NCBI RefSeq assembly: GCF_000143415.4
Contig: NW_003314270.1
Coordinates: 2,945,668 to 3,009,667 of the forward strand
DNA: 64,000 nt
DNA from: Selaginella moellendorffii
Lineage: Eukaryota > Plantae > Lycopodiophyta
Direction of reading: 5' to 3'
Shown: one piece after another, positions 23,998 through 40,484 of the stretch
Layout of the letters: the number at the start of each line of letters is the position of its first letter
How positions within the stretch are numbered: the stretch's first letter is position 1
Translations under genes and position numbers: made by a program
The notes under the pieces: generated by a model
Told to the model about the DNA's origin: nothing
The model's database searches: none
What the model saw: the letters and a program-made list of their open reading frames with translations, nothing else

Positions 23998-25174
23998 ATC
24001 CACGTAGCATTTGAGTAGTCATTTTTGCTTGGATGTTGTAGATGTCACTGGACGAGAAATAGAAAGGTGGCGACTGCCCCCGGGTTAGATGCTCTGCGTA
24101 GGCGCAAATGAAGACACCACAGCTCGAGCCATCCGTCTAAAGACAAGCATCCAAGTTTTAGAACCAGTTCTTTACGTTTTTTGTGTCTTTGCCTGTTGCG
24201 GGATGTTGTCCACAACGCAAAGTTGCCAGTTCTGTACGCTGGTCATGCTATGTTTGTTTGCTCCCTCCTCACGAAGGTACTCATCGACCTGCCAAGCTTA
24301 TTTAAAATCGAGGTAAAGGAAAGGTTGAACACACCGATTTCATGATACGAATGTATGCCTTTGTTTTCGATTTGCACAGCAAAGAGTCGTAGTACTCTAT
24401 CCGGTGGTTTTTGAGATGCGCCGCAACTAAAGACCTGGAAACAAAGAAATCAGATGCTTTTGTCTCGAAAAAGCTTGGGCATAGTACCAGTGTACGTTGT
24501 TGTGGTTGACAGGAAACAAAAGAAGATCGTGGTCGAAAATGTTCTGTAAAGTAGCTACGTTCGGGAGATGCAAATCAAGATTGATTGGCTCAAAAAACTT
24601 CAAGCAAGGATTTGGGGAGTGAAACTCACAATGTTTTTCGTCCATCTACGCACGCCTTCGTATCCAGCGATTTGGAGCTTGGTGTAGAAAAAACTGCTGA
24701 AACAATGGGTTCGAAACCTGATTAGATCAAAGGAAAAACGAAGTTTTCAATCAACATGGAATGGAACGAATGATCGAAAGTCTTACTTTGAAGAAGAATT
24801 CTTGTAAAGCCTGTCGGAGCGAACCTAGAAGAAAATTCTCTATGAGGAAAAGAAGAATAACGAGCTGAGCTATGCTTTACCTTGATGAGCGAGAAGTAGC
24901 TGTTGATAATCTCACTGTTAAGCCACTTCCCATCCACAAGCAGCGCCAAATCCCGCCCAGCAATGCCCTCGCCATTTGGCAATTGCCAAATCGGCGCCGC
25001 ATTCTCTGCCCTCGCGACTGATCCAAGAGAATCCGGCGCAGCGGCCGCATCCTTCTTCCTCTCCACGCGCTGCGCGGATCGAATTCGCGCCCTTCGCCCC
25101 GCTCGATCGATGCAAGCCAACCAGAAGAAGCGGAAGCGCCAGCGCCAAATTCTCCACAGCCTCGCGGGCGCCAT
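23987..25174 (-). CDS. Ulp1/SENP-family (peptidase C48) ubiquitin-like protease (multi-exon)
   Basis: DLALLVDGKWLNSEIINSYF, HCFSSFFYTKL, FPVNHNNVHW (His), EYYDSL (Asp), TDGSSCGVFIC (Cys); last exon reads to TAA at 23987-23989. Confidence 0.88.
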
Positions 25175-25278
25175 AGCCAGAGAAAGATTTTAAAACCCTA
25201 TCTTATACCCAAGCACTCAAATTCAACTTTTCTTTAAAGGTGACCGTGCTACAAAAATCTAGATGGAGATTTCTTCCT

Positions 25279-28200
25279 TTAGCTCTTCCATGGATCGCCT
25301 TCTCTCACCTCGGATGGCTCTACGACTACCTCGGCCTCGGTAGCTGGCGGCGGAGGTGGCGGAGCGGCGGAGGCCTCTGGCGGTGGTGGCGATACTCCAT
25401 ATCCTCCGGAGTATCCCTGAGAGTAATCCACTTGGGGAGCGCTGGGAGCGTTATATTCCTCCTCCTGTCCGCTGAGAACTTGTCTGCCACCCAAAGCGAC
25501 GCCGATCATGTCGTAGATTCGAGCACCGAATTCCGAGGCATTGTCAGGCTGAAAAGAGAACGATCATCGAGCGAATTAGATGAGGAAATGAGAGGAAAAA
25601 ACGATGAACTGACCGTGAATCCGCTGGAAACGTGAGCCGTCTCGTACAGAAGCTCCACAATCTCTTGGGCTCTGGTGTCGTGTGGACTGGACTTGCATGC
25701 CTCCTGCGAAAGAGAGATTATTTAAGGACGTTCTAAGTGAAACGAGAAAATGCTCACGTTTAGACTCGCGATGATGGGATGCTGGGGATTGATCTCCAGG
25801 ATCCTCTTTCCACGCATGTAATCGAGCTGGCTCGTATCTCCCAACGCTTGGGCTTTCATAATCCTGAAAATATATGATGTGAAGAGACGAAAGATAACAC
25901 ACACAACCGAACCTTTCCATGTTGGCAGACCAGCCATGTTTGCCAGTGACAAGAACACAAGGAGACGTGCTGAGACGATTGGAGATACCAACGCTGGCCA
26001 CCTTCTCGCCCAGAATTTGCTTGATCCAGTCACAGCAGTACGTGAATTCTCTTTCAATTTCCTGCTCCTTGGCTTCGTCCGCAGCACCTGGAAAAAAAGG
26101 TTATGAAGAAGCTTAAATCTAACCACGGCTTACCAAGATCGAGGTCTTCCTTGCTAATATCAACGAACTTCTTTTCCTTGTAAGATTGCAGGCTGGTAAG
26201 AGCAACCTCATCGATAGGATCCACAAGGAACAGAACCTACAAGTGAGGGAATTTAGTACCATGAAAAGTAGTGTATAAAACGTACCTCGTAGTCCCGCGC
26301 TAGCAATTGCTCAAGAAAAGGCGCACTCTTGCAGCTCTTCACAGTATCTGCCGCAATGAAGTAGATAGCATTTTGTTCAGGCTTCATGTTGCGAATGTAA
26401 TCATCCAGGTTCGTCATTTCCTCCTCGTTTTTGGACGAGAAGAACCGCAAGAGCGGAGCAAGCCTCTTGTGGTTGTTTGCATCTTCTATGCATCCGAGCT
26501 TGATGTTCTTGCTGAAACATGTCCAAAAGATCTTGTAGTCCTGAACCAAGAAAAAAGTATCAGCACAAGTCCTAGCAAAAGTCAGCAAGTGGAGCTACCT
26601 CCTTCTTTTCCCTGTTGGCAATTTCGTCCAGCAGATCAAAAGACTTTCTGACAAGACGCTTCTTCATTATACGCACCTGTCAGTTTTTAAAGTTAGATCC
26701 TAGAATCAGATTTCAAGTCAATTATCTTACTATTCTGCTCTCTTGAAGAATTTCTCGTGATACGTTCAAAGGCAAGTCGTTGGAATCCACAATACCCTTG
26801 ATAAAGCTGAGATAGCGCGGGAACTTCATCGAAAGACAATCCCAGTGTTAGACACAAACACAAAATTTGAATTTAGCTTACCAGGTCGCCCTCAAAAGAA
26901 TCGGAAATGAACACCCGTTTTACGTAGAGCCTGATATTCTTCGTTTTCAGTCCTTGGTTTTCCTCGTGGGACAGTGGTGCCATACCAGGAACATACAGTA
27001 AACTTCTGAATTCGACTTCTCCCTGTAAACGCTGTTAAAGCAGAGAACGAACGGAACTGACCTTTACCTCAGTAGTAAAGTGACTGTAGCCTAGAGGAGG
27101 GAGAAACTCTTTGAACGTAGTCTTAAAGAACTCCTTGTACTCTTCCGGATCAATCTCCTTTTGACTTCTCATCTATTACATTCTCACATATAAGAAAGCC
27201 TGGGGCAAACAAGATCAACACGTTACCCAGATAGGCTTTGTCTCGTTGATCAGCTCCCAGTCATAGACTTTCTGAGTAATGGTTTTCATTTTCTGAAACA
27301 ATAGTGTAAGTCGAGATCAACGAAATGTCTACAAAACAGCGAGAAGTTCACCTTTTGTGGCGCTGGTGCCTCTCCTCCTTCGATGGCAGCAGACGCTGGA
27401 TCAGCAGGAGGCGCCTCGGAAGCTTCTGTGTCTTCCACCTGATGAACGATTAAGAATTGTATAGAAAACAAGACCAAACATCAAGTACCTCCTTCTCTAC
27501 TGTCTTCTCTTGCCATGTGTAGATGGGAAAAGATATGAACTGAGAATAGTTTTTCACCAAGTTCAAAATCCTCACTGGATCCGTGTACTCAAATTTATCA
27601 TCCGCCTGCAACAGAAACAATTAAGCTCAACTCATTCTCTTAGCCAATCGCGGTTACCTTCAGCGTCAAAGTAACGACTGTTCCTCGCGGAATAAGCTTG
27701 TCGGGGTCAGTTTCTTCATAGACCGAATAGTCGTTTTCATTGGCCTCTCCTTCCCAAACCCACTGTTTGTCCGACTTTGAATGTCTTGTTGAGACAGTAA
27801 CCTTCATTAAAAAAAGGGGGGAGTTAATTCAGTTGATGTGTGAACCAGATAAAAGACCTTACCCTGTTAGCCACCAGAAAGGCAGAGTAAAATCCAACAC
27901 CAAATTGACCAATCAGATTGTTATCCCCGAGTGCAGCCTTATTTTCCTGCACGCAAGTATAATTAGCTGGGTAAATTTCCAGTCTACACAAGCCACATAC
28001 CTTGATTGCGCTGAAAAACTTTGCAGTGCCACTCTGGGCGATAGTTCCGAGACTGTCCACAAGCTCTTGGCGAGTCATACCAACTCCAGAATCGCTGCAC
28101 AGAGAAACAGACGAACATTAAAACCTGGAAAGGAAAATGCAAACTCACATGATGGTCACGGTCCCCTTCTCCTGATCAGCCTTGATTCGAATCTCCAGGT

Positions 28201-28806
28201 TGGGATTAGGATCCAAAAGGCTAGGCTCAGTGACGCTCAAGAATCGCAGCTTGTCAAGCGCATCACTCGCATTGCTGTAAAGATTCAACAAAATGAGCCG
28301 GGAAGAGAATTGGCAAAACAGTACCTGACGAGCTCACGAAGAAAAACTTCCTTGTGACTGTATAGACTGTTGACGATGAGGTCCATCAAGCGACTAACCT
28401 GTAGAGCATCGTGTTAGAATTTGTTCTAGCATGAATAGCTCTTACCTCTGCTTGATACTGGAACTTTTCAGCCGCTGGCTCGGCCGGAGGAGCCTCGGCG
28501 ACAGTAGCCTCGGCACGAACACTCATTCGATTCCAATCTGCCCGCCTCTCCTCCGATGTAAAACCAACATTCCCAGCGATGGCCCTGCCGGAGCTCAAGA
28601 ACCTAGAGCCGTGTGCCAGCGGAAGAAACTGAGACCTCTTCTGGAGAGGAACACTTTTAGCGCCCTGCAAAATCCGAGCTAGAATCGTCAATCATCCGTC
28701 CATGGCAGGAGATTTCGCTCACCTTGTCGGCATTGCTTCGCAGAGGCAGCGCGGCGGTGGCAGTGCTGAGAGATCTCACCGACGTCGCGGCCGGAGAGAC
28801 GGCCAT
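25279..28806 (-). CDS. HSP90-5: Heat shock protein 90, plastid type (HSP90C/HSP90-5-like; many introns)
   Basis: [64 protein letters not shown]; C-terminus [16 protein letters not shown]; transit-peptide-like N-terminus. Confidence 0.93.
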
Positions 28807-29218
28807 GGTCCGCAGCAGCGTGACGGAAAGCGCCTTCCTCGAGCAGGAATTCATATCACCGCGAATAGCAGCTTCCAAGGAACAAGCGCCCAGCGCCTAG
28901 CGCCCGGCAGCGACGAACCAAACCAAACCACAATAACAATGGCTATGGCGGTCCTTCTTTTAGGGTTCGTCGGTCTTGTTATGGTCATGCATGCCCATAT
29001 GGCAAGATCCAGCCGTTGGATTGATTCTCATCTAACGGGACCTAGAAGTGCGAATCCCTGTTTGTTAAAATCTCGACTAGAAGAAGGCCTTTAGCTAACA
29101 GGTAATTGGATAAATATCGGCTGTAATGCATGGTCATGCATGACCATGGAAAAATCTGGAAGCCTTGTCGTTGTCTTAAACCCTAAACCCTGGATATTCC
29201 TTTGGCGCGCTTCTTCTC

Positions 29219-30118
29219 ATGTCAACTAGTCTCATCGTCCAGGCGCCGCAGTTAGGGTGTAGCTTTCTTAGGCATCAATGCCGCGCTCTAGTGGCGGCCA
29301 CCGATCTCTCCGGCGGATTCCAGCGGCCAGAGACGATAAAATGGGATAGGGATCTCGCGAATAATGTGAGCTTGATTGGATTTCTAGGTAAAGATCCCGC
29401 TTGGGGCTACAGCGAGCAAGGAAGAATCGTGTATGGCTCGATAAAAACCCCCCATTCGTGGTATGTGAGCTTTTTTCTTTCTCAAATGGTTTGTTTCATA
29501 GCGATGTTGTTTGATTTCTCAGGTTTTTGCTTGATTTCTGCGACCCAGTCTCGGAAATTGCTGTTGAGCATGCTAAGAAGGGGGATTGGGTTCAAGTTCA
29601 AGGAGAATTGCTTGTACCAAAGCCTGGAGATAAGATCGTCACACCTAAGGTTCGTGGAAAAGCATTGACTTTCTCTTCTTTTTTTCTTTCTCTTTTTATA
29701 CATTCTCCTTTGATTCCAGGTGCTTGTTAAAGATTTTAAGTTTGTCGAGAAATCAAACGGTGAGGCTGTAGCTTTTTTTTATAAAACTTTCGCTCGTAGC
29801 TCGCTGAGATATTTAGATTATCAGACTCCAAAATCGAGACTGCCAGGCTCTGGCTAGAGTTTTTTGCTGCTCCAAATGAATGGTGGGACAACAGAGCAAT
29901 CAAGGTATTGAAAATGGATTGTAGCCGCAAGACTTCATACTTCCTCTTTCTTTTTCGTTTTTGTTCTTTTTTTTCAGAGAAATGCGAGAGCTCCAGACTT
30001 TAAACACAAAGAGACGCGAGAAGCACTGTGGCTCAACAGTCAGGACTTGCCTTCCTGGATTCCTTCGCAAATCCAAGCTCTAGAATCCAAAGGCATCCTG
30101 AAAAGGTTTGAGCAATAA
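29219..30118 (+). CDS. Organellar single-stranded DNA-binding protein (OSB family: SSB-like + PDF motif), copy 1
   Basis: NNVSLIGFLGKDP, KKGDWVQVQGEL, LWLEFFAAPNEWWDNR, APDFKHKETREALWL. Confidence 0.88.
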
Positions 30119-30183
30119 ACTGTAAGAACTTGTTATTGAAACTGCTTAATGGTTTATTAACGAACAGATAGTAGGGCTTGGTA

Positions 30184-31002
30184 ATGCGATGGATTGGAAG
30201 GCAAACTGGCGCTTTGCGCTGCTTTCACAGCTTACTTGAAAGCACAAAGCTCCATTCTCGTCCCGCCACCATTGGCTTTGATCCATCGCTTGCCAATACT
30301 GCCACTCTAACTGGCAAAGTTATCGGCAATCCCGCTGTTTACAAGGTGTTCTCTGGGAAGATTGCGAAGGCCGTCCTCCTTGTGGAAGACAAGAGCTGGT
30401 ATGTTTGTTCTCTATTCGATATGTCTGATCTAATGCTCAATGGCAGCTTTTTTGTGGATTTCCACAACGGTCTTGGAGAGTGCTTCATTCAACACGTCCG
30501 GAGAGGGGACTGGATTCAAGTCTCGGGGTCCGTCTCTGTGGAGATGCAGAGAAGTGCACCCATCGCAAAAGTAAGTATTTGTTCTTGAGAAGATCAGTGC
30601 TCTAGTTCATATACCTCAGATTCGAGTCAGGGACTTCCAGCTAGTGGAGGGAGATGTTCCCGGAAGATCCGGTGAGTCTTTTCCAATCTTTCGATTTGTT
30701 TATCAGTTTGTGCTTGTCGAAGAGCAAGACGAGCACTCAAGACTATGGCAGAATTTCTTCGCAGCGCCGCACGACTACTGGGATAATCGCCACGACAAGG
30801 TTGTGTTTATAAACTTGCGAAAGATCTTAAGATTCGAAGGCTTGTGTTGCAGGAAAACTCCAAGCGTCCAGATTTTCGCCATAAATCGACTAAAGAAGCA
30901 CTGTGGCTTGACGATTCCAGAAATCCTCCCTGGGTCTACGCGCAAGTTGAGATGCTAGAGTCCCGCGGCCTCTTGAGAAAGCCAAAATTTACTATCGTGT
31001 AA
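30184..31002 (+). CDS. Organellar single-stranded DNA-binding protein (OSB family), copy 2
   Basis: RRGDWIQVSGSV, LWQNFFAAPHDYWDNR, RPDFRHKSTKEALWL. Confidence 0.85.
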
Positions 31003-31100
31003 TTTTATCACTTACATCATGAAAGAGAATATATTTTCACCTTCTAAGTATCAAACTTTCGAATTTCTTGGAGGGATTTTCTTAGGGTAGCGATCGAGCT

Positions 31101-33183
31101 ATGGCGGACATGGATGTGTGTCCGGCCGCTGGAGGCGCTGGAGCATTGGATCCAGTATTCGTCGATGCGACAGCGAAGCTCTCGAATGCATCGCTTTTCT
31201 CAAGCGACAGGATCGAGGTCTCAGGTAAAGTCTTCTCTTCCTCGGCATCGCGATTCGATGCTGGATTGTCTTGTTTTGTTTCGTCAGTCGAGGTGTGCCT
31301 GAAGCCGACGAGCTCGGCGCGTCACGAGGATGTCAAAGACGCGATTGAAAGGTAGTAAAATTCTTTTGCACTATGATGTTTGATCGAATTTTCTTTCTTC
31401 TTGTCGCAGGATGCTTCACAATCAAGGTCTATCCCTCGTCGATGGTCCTGTGAACTTTCACCAAACGGAAGAGGCATTTCTCATTGATAATGTCCAAAGC
31501 GTTCTATGCGACACAGGTATTTACGTTTTGCCAAGTTTTCGTCGACCATACATACCTTCTTTCTTTCAGGTCGTGGCACTGGGGACTGCGTTCTCCTCTT
31601 CTGGCAAGTGTACTTCAAAGTGAGCGTTTACCAGGTACTGTAAGCTTGCTTTGGATCGAGGAGTAGTACTGGCTGACGAAACTTCTTCGCTCACTTACTT
31701 GCCAGCTGAACGAGGAAGGCGCAGCAGATGACGAGGGGGATGGTGCGGAGGAGCTACCGAGTTTTCAAGAGTGGTCCCTGCCAGCGAAAGAATTCCATGG
31801 ACTGTGGGAGAGGTAGCTCTTTGCTGGCCGATTGTGTTCAGGCTGCTAATCTTTGGACTTTCAGCTTGATATACGCCACCGGCTTGAAGCAGAGGCTTCT
31901 GCAATACTCGAAGACAGCCGTGCTGTTCGCCGACAAAGGAGTCGACCACAACCTTATTTCGTGGAATCGGTATGTAATCTCTTTTTCGTAATGTGTGATA
32001 GCGGCAACATCAATTCTTGTCCGTAGAGTTATATTGCTACATGGTCCACCAGGAACGGGGAAGACTTCCTTATGCAAAGCGCTTGCTCAAAAGCTTGCAA
32101 TCCGCTTCAAGGACAGGTGCTAGCCATCGATCATCTCTTGACACAATCTTGCATAAATGTTGATATGTCACAGATATCACTCATCACAACTCGTCGAAGT
32201 TAATGCGCATTCTTTGTTTAGCAAGTGGTTTTCAGAAAGCGGCAAGCTGGTATGGTCTATAGATTCTGACGCAATCTCTGACTCTTTCTTTGGATCTCAG
32301 GTCACCAAGCTTTTCCAAAAAATCCAGGACCTAGTTGAAGACGCCGATTCCCTTGTGTTCGTCCTGATAGGTGTTCTGTCAGTGACGTTCTTATGTCATC
32401 TGCTTGCATTTTAACGTAACGATGCAGATGAAGTTGAGAGCTTGGCAGCCGCAAGACAGGCTGCACTTTCGGGATCCGAGCCTTCAGACTCTATCAGGGT
32501 TCGCTATTTCGAGATTCTCGTTTTCTTCTGATTCATTGATATCATGTACAGGTCGTCAATGCTCTGCTCACGCAGCTTGACAAACTGAGAAGCTGGCCTA
32601 ATGTTGTTGTTTTGACCACATCAAACATCACTGGAGCAATTGGTACGAGCGACATTGTCCAAAAAATATATCCCTGACACCTGGTTCCAGACCTTGCATT
32701 TGTTGATCGAGCAGACATAAAAGCATACATTGGACCACCGACGCTGGAAGCTCGATACGAAATCCTACGAAGCTGTATGAAAGAGCTGGAAAGGACTGGA
32801 CTAATTTCATCCTCCGCGGTCAGTGCTTTCTGTCTGCAAAAATCTACTATTTTACCAGCTTTGTCGACAGCAGAATGGATCCATCAGCGAGAACTTCGTA
32901 AGCTACGACACACTATTACAGTCTATGAACTGCAGCATGCCTGACATCCTTTCCAATTCATTGCTTCAGACTGCTGAAGCTGCCGAGGTGGATTTCTCTT
33001 TCGTTTCTCCTGCCCTGACGACTGGATTCGCAGGGACTCAGTGGACGGGTGCTACGAAAGCTACCGTTCCTCGCTTACGCTGGCATGGCCTTGGAAACTA
33101 AAGTCGACACTCACCACTTTCTGGTGGCACTGAAAGAGGCAGCGCAACGAGAACGAAGCGAGCGTGACACGAATGACAAGTAG
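31101..33183 (+). CDS. PCH2: Pachytene checkpoint protein 2 (TRIP13-type AAA+ ATPase)
   Basis: [90 protein letters not shown]. Confidence 0.95.
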
Positions 33184-33184
33184 G

Positions 33185-33412
33185 GGAGCAGGCCGAGCAG
33201 CGAGCGCTGGCCCTGGCTCTATCAAAAGGCCGTAATTCTCGAGTTCTTCTCCCCCAAGTGCACATAAATCCGCAATGACAATGCCTGGTTTTTCAGCTAC
33301 ACCACTACTTCGATAGCCAGAGGTACTTCCTTTGATCTTCATCCAAACTTGTTTCATCATTCGCATTTCTATCATTTCCAGGTGCTCTATCAAATACGTC
33401 CCATGCTTCGTT
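33185..33412 (+). pseudogene. Deleted fragment of the thioredoxin-like gene at 37405-38107
   Basis: gccgagcagcgagc...ggctctatc...ctcgagttc..c.cccaagtgcac and tccaggtgctcta..tcaaatacgtcccatgcttcgttc match ~37705-37790 and ~37935-37992. Confidence 0.85.
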
Positions 33413-33651
33413 CAAGACGAAAGTTCCCTCCATAGTCTTCTCGATCGTCCGATATTCGCCATCGGACGGCTGTGTAAGATCTTGTCCTAAACTGGGTTGG
33501 CAGCCCTAAATTGTGGGACGTGCCCCTTTACTCAAGGAAATTGTTTGCGGCTTCGCTTCTCATGGTACGTGTCTCCATTTCTTTTTTGGCGCTTCATCAC
33601 GTCTCATGTGTGGCTGAGTGTTGCGCGTCTAGATCAGTTGAAAAGACTTAA

Positions 33652-36776
<3,125 letters not shown>

Positions 36777-37404
36777 GGGAATTACAAAAGATCTAAAGTG
36801 AGCAATAAACATGAAAATTTGGAATCTGATTCTACAAGATTCCAAGATTCCAAGATTAGTTTCATTGGGAGACAAAGGTGGTGAAGGCGATTGTTCTTGT
36901 ACACAATCCAAGCTTTCTAGGGCCCTCATCTTATCTCCTTAGATACTAAGTAGCTTCGCAGCTTTACTCCTGCAAAACAAATTACCCGAGTTTTGTGATA
37001 AGGTTGTGGGAGTTTATCTACAAGTAGATAGAGTCCTTAGCTCTGGAGCTTTGCATAGATTGTAGGATTTGTAAGTGAAGGGGCACTGCCCCGACTAGTC
37101 AGCTTGGAATGATCAGTTTGATGAGCTACTGATTTCAGCTCACAAGATTCCACCAACTTTAACAGCTCTGTGGACGGCAAAATTTCAGAGCCATCAGCGA
37201 GAACTTCGTCAGGCACCAGAGTTGCTCAAGCTGCTGCAGATTTCTCCTCGTCGTTTCGTTCCTGCGACTTGCAGAAAACGGGTGCTGACCATTCCTCTGA
37301 GGCACAACCAAAAGTCGCCGCTCACTGGTCAGTTTTTCTGGTGGCGCCGATGAGAATATTCCCCGTTCCATGCACTGTTCATTGAAACCTAAGTGATGTG
37401 AGGC

Positions 37405-38107
37405 ATGAGCAGCCGGGAAGGCGTGCAGTGGCAAAGATGGCCAGTCTTGGACACCCAAGTCCCGGAGCGCTTGAGCCTGGATGCTTGCCGAGCGCTCAAG
37501 AACGTCGGTGAATTCTTCCAGAGGCTGCCCCCCCAGCTGATCGATCGTCTCGTCACTCAGGTACCAGCAGCAGCTAGAGCTAGAGCTAGATCTAGTAAAA
37601 CTTCCAGGGCGAGGAATCCTCTAGCACCCCTCGTAGCTCACATCCAGGGACTGGGCCGAAAGGATGGTGGTGAAGCAGCGGAGTTATCCCAAGAAGAACA
37701 AGGGGAGGCCGAGCAGCGAGCTCTAGCTCTGGCTCTATCCAGCAGGAAAAGGGCCGTGATCCTCGAGTTCTACTCGCCCAAGTGCACGCTCTGCAAGTCG
37801 CTGCTGGATCTGGTGCTGGAAGTGGAGCGCAAGAACCAGGACTGGCTGGGCATCGTCATGGCGGATGTGGATAACAAGAAGTGGCTTCCAGAGGTACTAT
37901 GATCTTGTGTTTGATCCTCCAAACTTAATGGCGTTTCGATCATCTCTCCAGGTGCTCTACTACGACATCAAATACGTCCCATGCTTCGTTCTCCTGGATT
38001 CGCGAGGAAGAGCTCTCGCAAAGACGGGAGTTCCATACTCTCGCCTCCATGTCGTCACGGGGCTATCGTATTTACTGGAGAGCGTGAGACCCATCAAAAG
38101 TGGATGA
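37405..38107 (+). CDS. Thioredoxin-superfamily protein (atypical CTLC site; 2 exons)
   Basis: [34 protein letters not shown]; true start may lie upstream. Confidence 0.82.
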
Positions 38108-38853
38108 TCGACCGATCGACCGATCGATCGATCGATGGGCTAGAATTTTTTTTCCTTGACTAGAAGCTAAGATCTTTTTTCTTGCTTGCTAGAAGTTAAG
38201 ATCTCTGTTTCCTTTTCTTTTCTTTTCTTTTCTTATTAGACTAGAGGAAAATCTAGGATCGATCGATGGCTTGACTAGAAGCCAAATACTAAAGTTTTTT
38301 TTTCTCTCGCTAAGTTCTAGAAACTAAATCTTTTTTTTTCCCTCGCCGTCGAATTAGACGAGAATGCTAGGCACAATGTCACTATCTAATACCGGGTCAC
38401 CACACGAACAAAAGCGATCATGACAGGTTAGGGTTTTAGTTAGCGCTGCGCCATCGTCGCGGCGCTGGGCTGGTATGGATGGAATCTCGCGCGTGCTGGT
38501 GGTAAGTACGTCGATTCCTTTCCAATGCCAGGCCCCGCGTTGAATCGGCGCGCCTGGAAATCCCTCGCTACCACTGGTGCCACTGGCGATTTTCTCTGAT
38601 TTCCATTGACGAAATCCAGCAGTGGCATTTGACGATCAGTCCCCCAATTGTGGGAGAAATCGCGCGAAAAACTCTCCGCTATGCTTCTTCTTCCTTCCAA
38701 TTCTGGCCTGGGCTTCTTCTCCTCTTTCTTTCGCGAAAGAAATTGTTTCCATAACCGACTGGGCTTAGTTTTTGGCTGATAACTGTCGTGCTGGGCGATT
38801 TCTTCCTCTCTGTTTTCTTCTCTTCTTCCTCTTTGCGTGAGTTCCAGCATGAG

Positions 38854-40210
38854 ATGACCATCCTCTGGAACTGGCTCTTTGTCGAATTCTTGCTCGAGCT
38901 TGTCCAGGGAAGAGTTCTAGTCATGTTTTCGCGGAGGTGTGTCAAGAAGGTGGAGAATGTGGAGGATTCCAGGCAGCTGGGCTTCCTGGATCTGCCAGAG
39001 CTCGTCATGGAAGGCATCCTCACTCGCCTCCCCGCGGTGGCGCTGTGCCAAATGGCCGGAGTGTGCAGGGAATTGCGGAAGAAGTGCCGGAGCAACCATC
39101 TCTGGGAAGCTCTCGTCTACGAGAAATGGGGGAAAGTCACTGGCAGGCTGGCTTTCGCGGAGTGGCAACTCGGCCTGGCCGCGAGAGAAGAGTGTGGAAG
39201 CGAGCCTTGCTCTCGTTCCTCGGGGATTTGGTTGTGGCCGCTCTCGTGCATTCTACCGGTGTCGTGGATGAATCCACAGGCGCAGCGGCGGAGCAAAGCG
39301 GCAGTGGGCGAGAATTCGCTCATGGCGTGGTACTGGGATCTGGAAACCGGTCGATTTCGCTTCCCAGCTCAGGTCTACAACCGAGAGGTGAGAGCCAACT
39401 TCGCCAAAACTTTGGACGAGTTCCTCACGGAAGCGTTTGCTTGTTTGTTCTTCTTTTCCTCTTTGCTTGCACAGAACGGTCACGTCGGATTCATGCTTTC
39501 GTGCTACGATGCCGAGGTGAGCTACAACAGCGCCACTGACGTGTTCCTCGCAAGGTAAAAGAGCTTTTTTTCTGTGATACAAAGCTCGTCATCCAGGAAA
39601 GAGTGCTTGAATCGCGCTGGTGTTGTGAAGCTTCAGCTATCCTCCACACGGCCCGCGCACCAGTGTCTACGAGGAGGACGTTCCCTGGGAACGAGTCCGA
39701 GCTCCTCCAGTGGACACGGCCGCTCACGAGCTCCACGCCTCGGACTGCCTCCACGATCTGCGACCGGGGGATCACATCGAGGTCCAGTGGAGACGCAACA
39801 GAGACTTCCCATATGGTCAGTACGAGAAGCTCCGCCATCTCTTTTTTACCCGTGACTTCTTCCTGCCAGGATGGTGGTATGGAATCGTTGGCCACACGGA
39901 CTTGTGCCCGAGAAACCACCAGTGCCAGTGTCACCTTCACGGTAAGTTGGTGGTCCGAGTTTCTCGCTTTTTCCGCAGCAGGATGATGAGATTCTTCGTT
40001 GATTTGTTTTCGTTGGTTGTAGAGATTGTCTGGTTGGAATTCAATCAATACACGCTCGGATCGAGATGGCGCAAGGCTCCTATCAACAGAGCCAATCACT
40101 GCGAAGAAGGCAACGAAGGTGAGGGCTTCTATGGTGGCGTACGAAAGCTGCGCACCAAGGAGGAGATTTCCATCTGGACCAAACTCTGGCCAAGCGAGAA
40201 ACTCGAGTGA
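38854..40210 (+). CDS. Plant F-box protein ([12 protein letters not shown]-type family)
   Basis: F-box [16 protein letters not shown]...VCRELRKKC; [22 protein letters not shown]; [21 protein letters not shown]. Confidence 0.88.
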
Positions 40211-40484
40211 AAAAAAGGAAGAGTCAATCAAAACCATTCTACTCTGAAGGAATAACAGTGTACAGATTGGAGGGGGAGAGATGTATTCATACGTATGTGT
40301 AATGCGACAAAGGCCGCATTGGTGGACTTATTCTTTTTCTTGGCTCAAGCGATCGGTTTTGGTTGGCTGTGACTGCAAGGCAGCGAGCAAAGTTGATTGA
40401 GTTCACGTCAAGAGACAAAGAGAAAGTTAAAAAAAAAAAAGGGAGATTCTTTGCAAAGCGTACGCCGGGGACTTCTCTGCACGT

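Noticed and set aside
36860-37164. Possible solo LTR ending in TAACA
   Set aside because: No matching 5' TG boundary with a target-site duplication found
38440-38850. 136-aa minus-strand ORF head-to-head with the F-box gene
   Set aside because: No ATG at the called start and no recognisable motif; it may be a small orphan gene but is unsupported
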